Assembly: GCA_963845755.1 (NCBI GenBank)
Contig: CAWJTV010000033.1
Span: 416,001-480,000 of the forward strand
Source: an uncultured Planctomycetota bacterium
GTDB lineage: Bacteria; Planctomycetota; Planctomycetia; Isosphaerales; Isosphaeraceae
DNA: 64,000 nt
Direction of reading: 5' to 3'
Shown: piece after piece, positions 57,001-64,000 of the stretch
Numbering within the stretch: position 1 is the first letter of the stretch
Layout: the number at the start of each line of letters is the position of its first letter
Notes under the pieces: model-generated
Told to the model about the DNA's origin: nothing
The model's input: the letters and a program-made list of their open reading frames with translations, nothing else
Databases searched by the model: none
Program-made: the position numbers and the translations under genes

Positions 57001-59766
57001 CAACAGGGGCCCAACGCCGCTAATCCCCAGCAAGGGCCCAACGCCGCCAATCCCCAGCAAGGGCCCAACGCCGCCAATCCCCAACAGGGACCCAACGCCG
57101 CTAATCCTCAGCAAGGGATGAACAAGACTGGGAATCCTCAACAGGGACCCAACGCCGCTAATCCCCAACAGGGGCCCAACGCCGCCAATCCCCAGCAAGG
57201 ACCCAACGCCGCCAATCCCCAGCAAGGACCCAACGCCGCTAATCCTCAGCAAGGGATGAACAAGACAGCGAATCCCCAGCAAGGGCCCAACGCCGCTAAC
57301 CCCCAGCAGGGACCCAACGCCGCTAATCCCCAACAGGGGCCCAACGCCGCTAACCCTCAGCAAGGGATGAACAAGACAGCGAATCCTCAGCAGGGACCCA
57401 ACGCCGCCAATCCCCAACAGGGACCTAACGCCACCAACCCCCAGCAGGGACCCAACGCCGCTAACCCCCAGCAGGGACCCAACGCCGCTAATCCCCAACA
57501 GGGGCCCAACGCCGCTAATCCCCAGCAGGGACCCAACGCCGCTAATCCCCAACAGGGGCCCAACGCCGCTAATCCCCAGCAAGGGCCCAACGCCGCCAAT
57601 CCCCAGCAAGGGCCCAACGCCGCCAATCCCCAACAGGGGCCCAACGCCGCTAACCCTCAGCAAGGGATGAACAAGACAGCGAATCCTCAGCAGGGACCCA
57701 ACGCCGCCAATCCCCAACAGGGACCTAACGCCGCCAATCCCCAGCAAGGGCCCAACGCCGCCAATCCCCAGCAAGGACCCAACGCCGCCAATCCCCAACA
57801 GGGACCTAACGCCGCCAATCCCCAGCAAGGGCCCAACGCCGCCAATCCCCAGCAAGGGCCCAACGCCGCTAATCCTCAGCAAGGGATGAACAAGACTGGG
57901 AATCCTCAGCAGGGACCTAACGCCGCCAATCCCCAACAGGGACCCAACGCCGCCAATCCTCAACAGGGACCCAACGCCGCCAATCCCCAGCAGGGACCCA
58001 ACGCCGCTAACCCCCAGCAGGGACCCAACGCCGCTAATCCCCAGCAGGGGCCGAACTCAACCAATCCCCAGCAAGGGATGAAGAAAACGGGGAATCCTCA
58101 ACAGGAGCCCAATGCCACCAATCCCCAACAGGGGCCCAACGCCACCAATCCCCAACAGGGGCCCAACGCCGCCAATCCCCAGCAGGGGATGAAGCAGTCA
58201 GGGAGTCCCGAACAGGGACCTAACGCCACGAATCCTCAGCAGCCGGAATCACAGGCCCAACACACCACCCCCGATCCGAAAAATCCGCGCAGAACCGATG
58301 CGCAGCAGTCGGAACTGCCCGGGCGAGGGCAGCCTGATGTCGATCATCAGGATCCGAATGCCACCCCGGGCGCCGGCCAACCTCCTCCAGGAACCCCGAA
58401 GTCGGCGACGACAGAACGCCAGCCGGGGGAGGCAAGCACAGAGACAGATGAGAACACCGCGAAGACCGGCGAGAACGCCCGGAAATCATCGCGTGAGGCC
58501 GCGAAGACCAAGCAGGCCGCTCAGCGCAAATCTGGCACGAACGAGGAAGTGCGCAAGGACGGTAAGCCTGAAGAAACCAAGGAAGAGAAGCCGGACAGGT
58601 ACGCTCAGCCGACTCCCAAAACGAGCAAGAAGTACCAAGAGCCGGCGAAGAAGGCCCAACCTCCAAGGGAACAACCTGCTCCCGAGCCGCGCTCCCTCAA
58701 TCCGCCGGAAGAAGCACTGCCCCGAAATCCTCAGCAGCCGCTCGAGCAGGCTCCCGCGAACGGCCTGCCTAGCCAGAAGGAGGATCAAGAACCAGGCAAC
58801 CCACAAGCCGGCGAGCAAGGCGCACAGGGACAACAAGGTCAACCAACCCCGGGCCAGGGGCCGCAAACCCAGGGGCAAGGGCCGCAAACCCAGGGGCAGG
58901 GGCCGCAAACCCAAGGACAAGGCCAGGGCCAGGGGATGAGTGGAAATCAGCCCTCCGACGGCGCGGCGCCGGGGAGTAACCAGAGCGCCGGCTCGTCCCA
59001 GCCGGGTTCGGGGTCCGGCGGCGGCTCGGGTGCGAGTGCGAGCCGGGACGCCTCCCATGCGGTGCAAGGCTCGTCCGGGCAAGGAGGCTCCCCGGGTGCA
59101 GGACAGAGCGGTCAGCCGGGGCAACAGGGCGCCGGTGCGTCGGGAAGCGGGCCGGCCAATGGGCAAGGGAGTGGACGGCAACCCGGCGGAGGCGCTCGCA
59201 GTCCTATCGGTGGCGGCGGTGACGGCCCGTCCACCGGCCCGACCAGTGGCGAGCCGGCGAAGGACAACACGCAGCCCTCGCCCCCATCCCAGGAATCCCA
59301 GGACCCGTCCGCCGGCTCCGTGGCGCCTCAGGGCGCACCGGCGACCGAGTTGACACTCCAAAGACTCCACGAGGCGCTCCAGGATGACAAGTCCGCCAGG
59401 TTCCTCGAGGACCGAACAGGCATCTCGCACGAGAAGTTCGACCAGTTCACGAGACAGTACGAAAAGGTCAAGTCGGGACCCGCGGGACCGGGCCGCAACA
59501 TCGAGGTGAAGTCGCGCGAGCAAGAGCCGGCCAAACCCGCGGCGAACTTGCCGGGACTCGGCACGACTCAGCGGTTCGGCTCCAAGAACATCCGCGAACG
59601 AAACTCCTTGCCCGAAGATACCTTGCGGGGGTTGAAACAAGATGTGCGCAACGAACCGCCCCTGGAATGGAAGAGTAAGTTCGAGGGTTACAAGAGCCGG
59701 ATCGCACGTTCCAAGGTGACCACCACCCGGCGGCCCGCCCAGCCCAAGCCCGCGGACAAGCCGTAA
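54048..59766 (+). CDS. Large membrane protein (DUF4175-like TM and Ig-like region) with a long Q/N/P-rich repeat tract (frameshifts ~54845, ~56590, ~56665)
   Basis: Three TM segments, P.YT..EP...GQIEAIEGT, DRPPTV, DDHGV, YWLTARDNK; repeats; C-terminal PPLEWKSKFEGY. Confidence 0.8.
56350..58240 (+). repeat. ~65-70 tandem 27/30-bp repeats encoding NPQQGPNAA / NPQQGMNKT(G/A/E)
   Basis: AATCCCCAGCAAGGGCCCAACGCCGCC-type units, punctuated by CAAGGGATGAACAAGACT units. Confidence 0.95.
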
Positions 59767-59786
59767 ACGCACTCGCTCGCAAAGAC

Positions 59787-59842
59787 GAAGGATGAGTCGA
59801 ACCGGTACTGATTCATCCTTCATGCTTCATCCTTCATCCTTC
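59787..59842. repeat. TTCATCC heptamer tandem repeat with a short inverted copy
   Basis: GAAGGATGA ... TTCATCC TTCATGC TTCATCC TTCATCC immediately before nadB. Confidence 0.7.
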
Positions 59843-59850
59843 CCGAAAGA

Positions 59851-61527
59851 ATGGACCGATCGCATCCCATCCCGACTCCGCGCCGCTACCTCGTGGGGTT
59901 CGATCCCCGCGAGCTGCCCCACCACTTCGCCGATGTGCTGATCATCGGCGGCGGGATCGCGGGCTTCCGGACCGCGCTGGGCATCCCCGATCGTTATCGG
60001 GTCCTGGTCGTCACCAAGGACGAAGTGCGCGAGAGCAACAGCCAGTACGCTCAGGGGGGGATCGCCGGAGTCCTCGACCCCGAGGACCGATTCGACAACC
60101 ACATCGCCGACACCCTGACCGCGGGCAAGGGGCTGTGCGACCCGGAGGTCGTCGAGATGGTGGTCCGCGAGGCCCCGATTCGGATCGGCGAGCTGATCGA
60201 GTGGGGCACCCACTTCGACGAGGTCAACGGCCACGTCGCCCTGGGCCGCGAAGGGGGCCATTCGCACAACCGAATCGTCCACGCGCTCGGCGACGAGACG
60301 GGCCGCGAAATGATGCGCACGATCATCCAGCGCGTCCGGACGCGTCCGAACGTCCGGCTCTGGCCCAATTGCTTCACGATCGATCTCTTGACGCACGAAG
60401 GCCGATGCCGCGGCGTGCTGATCCGGGACGGAAAGCAGGGCCGGGCACTGGTCTGGGCTCGGGCGGTCGTCCTGGCCACGGGCGGCGCCGGTCAGCTCTT
60501 CCGCGAGACGACCAATCCGCCGATCGCCACGGCCGACGGTCACGCCATGGCCTATCGCGCCGGAGCCGAGCTGCGGGACATGGAATTCATGCAATTCCAC
60601 CCGACGGTCCTCTACATTGCCGGCTCGACCCGCCACCTGTTGACGGAAGCCCTGCGCGGGGAAGGGGCCTATCTGCGCGATTGCCGCGGCGAGCGCTTCA
60701 TGCCGGCCTATCATCCCCTCGCCGAGCTGGCCCCCCGCGACGACGTCTCGTTGGCCATCTCGGCCCAGATGGCCAGGAGTCAGCACCCGAGCGTCTACCT
60801 CGACCTCTCGCACCTCGACCCCGAGCGGATCCGCCGTCGATTTCCCGGCATCGACCGGCTCTGCCGGACCTTCGACCTGGACATCACCCACGACCCGATC
60901 CCGGTCTGCCCCGGTGCGCATTACATGATCGGCGGGGCGTCGGTCGACCTGCACGGCCGGACCACGCTTCCCGGCCTCTGGGCGGCCGGCGAGGTCACCA
61001 GCAGCGGCCTTCACGGGGCCAATCGGCTCGCCTCGAACAGCCTGATCGAGGGCCTGGTTTATGGCGCGCGCGCGGCCGAGGACATCGTCGCCAGCCTGGA
61101 CGCGGAGGGTCCGCGTCCCCTCGAAGTGCCCCCCCTGACCGCGGCGACGGTCCAGGACGACCGGGACCGGATCGACGTCGGCGACGTTCGCGAATCGCTC
61201 CGCGCCCTCTTGTGGCGACGGCTGGGGATCACTCGCGACGCCGACGGCCTGGCCGAAGCGGCCGACCGCGTCGACCAGTGGAGCCGCTACATCCTGCCGT
61301 TGGAGTTCGAGGATCCGACGGGTTGGACCCTCCAGAACATGCTGGTGGTCGCCCGGCTCATGATCGCCGCCGCCGCCGCCCGCCGCGAGTCGCGCGGCGT
61401 CCATTTCCGCCGCGATTACCCCCAACCCGACCCGGCGATGAACCATCATATCGACGTGCACGCCCCGCCGCCACCTGCGACCAGGCCCCAGGAATCGGAT
61501 CGCGAGCTGGAGATAGCCTCCGCATGA
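59851..61527 (+). CDS. nadB: L-aspartate oxidase
   Basis: IIGGGIAG, SNSQYAQGGIA, REGGHSHNRIVHA.GD.TG, EFMQFHPT, TEALRGEGA, ELAPRD, GLHGANRLASNSL.EG, RESRGVHFR. Confidence 0.95.
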   Translation: MDRSHPIPTPRRYLVGFDPRELPHHFADVLIIGGGIAGFRTALGIPDRYRVLVVTKDEVRESNSQYAQGGIAGVLDPEDRFDNHIADTLTAGKGLCDPEVVEMVVREAPIRIGELIEWGTHFDEVNGHVALGREGGHSHNRIVHALGDETGREMMRTIIQRVRTRPNVRLWPNCFTIDLLTHEGRCRGVLIRDGKQGRALVWARAVVLATGGAGQLFRETTNPPIATADGHAMAYRAGAELRDMEFMQFHPTVLYIAGSTRHLLTEALRGEGAYLRDCRGERFMPAYHPLAELAPRDDVSLAISAQMARSQHPSVYLDLSHLDPERIRRRFPGIDRLCRTFDLDITHDPIPVCPGAHYMIGGASVDLHGRTTLPGLWAAGEVTSSGLHGANRLASNSLIEGLVYGARAAEDIVASLDAEGPRPLEVPPLTAATVQDDRDRIDVGDVRESLRALLWRRLGITRDADGLAEAADRVDQWSRYILPLEFEDPTGWTLQNMLVVARLMIAAAAARRESRGVHFRRDYPQPDPAMNHHIDVHAPPPPATRPQESDRELEIASA

Positions 61528-61531
61528 TCCG

Positions 61532-62443
61532 TCATGCCGGACGGCGGCCCTCGAGGACGGAGAGTCGCTTGACGATTTGACCCGACCGGACGAGCGGATC
61601 GAGCCATCGTGCCTTGGGTACGATCCGAGGGGAGTATCCCTCGACGGATTCGAGACGAAAGTGTCGGATGGCATCGAGCGTCCGGTCGATGATGGGGCTG
61701 TGGGCGGACTCCAGGTTGGCCAGCACCTCGTCGTCCTCGGTCATCAAGTCGTCAAGGCGCAGGACACCGAGTCGCATCCCTTCCCGGAGGGCGTCGGCGA
61801 ATTCATTATAAATGAAGGCTTCCGTCGGACTGGCCCACCAGTCTCGGTTCATCGCCTCGAACAAGGCGGCGGCCTCACGAGCCACGGCGATGTCGGTCAA
61901 AATGATCCGATCCTCTCGCGCGGCCGTATGATCGAGGATGCGGCCCGCGGCGGCCGGCGTCACGACCCCGCAGGCCATCCCGTCGCGGAGGAAGTAGTCC
62001 AGCCGGTCGGCGCACAGCCCCGGCAGCGGCTGCTCGAGCAGGGGATAGATCGAATCGTCGAAGAACTCGCGCGCGGAATAACCCAGCCGGACCAGCGCCT
62101 CCACCACGTCGGGACGCGCGAGCATCAACGGCTTGAGCGCTTCGTGATGATCCTGTTCCTCCGAGGAGATGACGAAATCGACCGCATGGGAAAACGCCGT
62201 ATGCGAAATATCATGCAGCAAGCCCGCCACCTGTTCGCGACGATCGGTCCCGAGCCGGCGCAATAAGAGAAAGACCCCGAGACTATGCTCGAACCGCGTG
62301 ACATTCTTGAACGGGAAGGCCAGGGCCGAGGGACCGGCTTGTCGGATCCCTTTCAACCGCTGGAACGTCGGACATCGGATGAGATCGAGGATCTCCGGCT
62401 CCTCGATTGCGACCTCGCCATAAACCCGGTCTTGCCATCGCAT
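61532..62443 (-). CDS. HD-domain phosphohydrolase
   Basis: FQRLKGIRQ, TRFEHSLGV, LLHDISHTAFSH, ADRLDYFLRD. Confidence 0.92.
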   Translation of the reverse strand: MRWQDRVYGEVAIEEPEILDLIRCPTFQRLKGIRQAGPSALAFPFKNVTRFEHSLGVFLLLRRLGTDRREQVAGLLHDISHTAFSHAVDFVISSEEQDHHEALKPLMLARPDVVEALVRLGYSAREFFDDSIYPLLEQPLPGLCADRLDYFLRDGMACGVVTPAAAGRILDHTAAREDRIILTDIAVAREAAALFEAMNRDWWASPTEAFIYNEFADALREGMRLGVLRLDDLMTEDDEVLANLESAHSPIIDRTLDAIRHFRLESVEGYSPRIVPKARWLDPLVRSGQIVKRLSVLEGRRPA

Positions 62444-62627
62444 CGAGCCTCGTCTCCTCCTCCGTCGTCAAGGCGGCCCACGAACCGACCTATCCAGAAT
62501 CGTCGGAGTTGCGGGCGAGAATTTCAAGGTCGCGCGGGACCGGCGAGTCGTTTCTCGTGAATTCTCTATCGGTTATGATAACAGACCGTGCACCGCATTT
62601 CGCCAATACCGCTTGGGAGATCCATCC

Positions 62628-63728
62628 GTGCCTACCACCCTCGCCCGCCGAATCCCGGCGAGTTTCATCCTGTTCTCGATCCTGATCTGCGCCGGCTGTG
62701 GGGGCGGCTCGCCGGAAAGCGCTTCCGGCTCCGGTCCGGGGGGTGCTGGTGCTTCGTCGGCCTCGGGTGGCGGTCCGCGCCTGATCTTCGTCACGAATGG
62801 GACCTCCGACTGGTGGAACGCGGTCGAGAAGGGGATGAACGACGGCGCCGCCGAGTTCAAGGCCCAGGTCGAGATGCGCCGCAACCAGGATTCCACGGTG
62901 GCCGGTCAGATCCAGCTCCTGGAGAATGTCCTGAGCCGGCCCGACATTCAGGGCGTGGCCATCTCGGTGCAGGAAGCCGACTCGCCAGGGATCGCGGACA
63001 AGATGAGGGAACTCCAGAAATCGGGCAAGTTGGTGCTCACCATCGACTCGGATGGGGAAAAGGACGCACGACGGGCCTACATCGGCACCAATAACCAGAA
63101 GGCCGGCGAGGTGGCCGGTCGCGTGGCCAAGACGCTCCGGCCGCAAGGCGGCAAGACCGTCGCCTTCGTCGGGATGGCCGCCGCGGCCAACGCACGCGAA
63201 CGGCGCGACGGCTTCTTCGCCGGCGCGGGCGACCTGTTCCGGCACGATGCCAAGCACGATGCCCTGGAAGTCCTCGAGGACGGCGCCGATCCCGCACGAG
63301 CCCAGATCAACGTCCAGACCGCCATCAGCAAGCATCCGGATGCCGGTGTCTACCTGGGCCTCTGGTCGTACAACGCACACAACATCGCCGAGGAGGTTGG
63401 CAAGTTCCCCGAGGTGCGGAAAAAGACGACGATCGTCACATTCGACCTGGACGAACTGGCCGGCCAGGATGTGGCCCAGGGCAAGATCGACGCCACGGTC
63501 TGTCAGAACCCTTACGAGATGGGATATCGCGCCGTCCGGCTCCTGAAAGCGTTCATCGAGAAGGACCAGAAGACGATCGACGAGATGCTCCCCGGCGGCA
63601 CCGATGCGATCGACACCGGCGTGCGGATCGTCGTCCCCAGGAAGGATTCTCCCGTGAAGGGCGATAACGTCATCGACATCGACGAGATGAAGTCCTGGCT
63701 GGCGAGTAAAGGATTGCGTTCGACATGA
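62628..63728 (+). CDS. Sugar ABC transporter substrate-binding lipoprotein (RbsB-like)
   Basis: CAGC lipobox; FVTNG.SDWW, TIDSD, AYIGTNN..AG, TFDLD, QNPYEMGY, IDTG. Confidence 0.9.
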   Translation: MPTTLARRIPASFILFSILICAGCGGGSPESASGSGPGGAGASSASGGGPRLIFVTNGTSDWWNAVEKGMNDGAAEFKAQVEMRRNQDSTVAGQIQLLENVLSRPDIQGVAISVQEADSPGIADKMRELQKSGKLVLTIDSDGEKDARRAYIGTNNQKAGEVAGRVAKTLRPQGGKTVAFVGMAAAANARERRDGFFAGAGDLFRHDAKHDALEVLEDGADPARAQINVQTAISKHPDAGVYLGLWSYNAHNIAEEVGKFPEVRKKTTIVTFDLDELAGQDVAQGKIDATVCQNPYEMGYRAVRLLKAFIEKDQKTIDEMLPGGTDAIDTGVRIVVPRKDSPVKGDNVIDIDEMKSWLASKGLRST

Positions 63729-63856
63729 CCGGCTGGTCTTGCTCTCTCGATGAGCTTTGGGCATCATCGGGGCTAGTCCAATGAATCCTCGCAAGAAGGA
63801 AAACAAGTGACCCCGAAGTGACGCCATGAGAACTGGGTGGCGACGAGGGGAATTCC

Positions 63857-63900
63857 GCCCCGAAGGGGCCAAAACAGATCAGCCCGGGGCATCGCCCTTG
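63857..63900 (+). repeat. REP-like palindromic element, copy 2
   Basis: GCCCCGAAGGGGCC...CAGCCCGGGGCATCGCCC matches 22215-22260. Confidence 0.65.
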
Positions 63901-64000
63901 TTGTTCTACACAAGTCGCAACCTATTGCACCAGAATGAGTTGCAATCAGGGAGCACGCGATCATCCATGAAACGCAACCCATGCCGAACAAACGAGTTAC

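Noticed and set aside
56350..58240. Possible CRISPR array (27-30-bp periodicity)
   Set aside because: Units are contiguous with no unique spacers, vary at synonymous positions, lie inside a CDS, and no cas genes are present.

Overview
GC-rich chromosomal window from a Planctomycetota bacterium, most likely Isosphaeraceae. This is inferred from the planctomycete extracellular signal, DUF1559, ECF-sigma/Ser-Thr kinase cluster and DUF1570. More than 20 apparent single-base frameshifts fall even in core genes such as hisF, so the assembly probably carries long-read indel errors; I rebuilt several genes across ORF-track pieces. The left ~40 kb is accessory. It holds a TIGR03032-type gene plus a ~2,500-aa Ig-repeat surface protein, bracketed by an intact SDR gene and a decayed duplicate of that gene's 3' end. 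It also holds a ~1,790-codon receptor-like gene (21 YCF48/BNR propeller blades, FN3-like domain, transmembrane helix, NACHT/STAND NTPase, TIR-like domain), which is the most striking find. Further along are an IS/REP graveyard with one intact 1,997-bp two-gene IS (14-bp TIRs, 9-bp TSD), an ECF sigma factor followed by a tandem triplication of membrane Ser/Thr kinases, a DUF1559 gene and a BlaI/BlaR1 pair. The right part is mostly housekeeping: vWA protein, hisF, PilT and GspE ATPases, CvpA-like, DUF1570, rpsR, a VapBC pair whose toxin is interrupted by a 126-bp MITE, SPFH, LysR, a large membrane protein with ~65-70 NPQQGPNAA repeats, nadB, an HD hydrolase and a sugar-binding protein. No tRNA, rRNA or CRISPR array was recognised. 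Family names come from motif recognition, not database searches.
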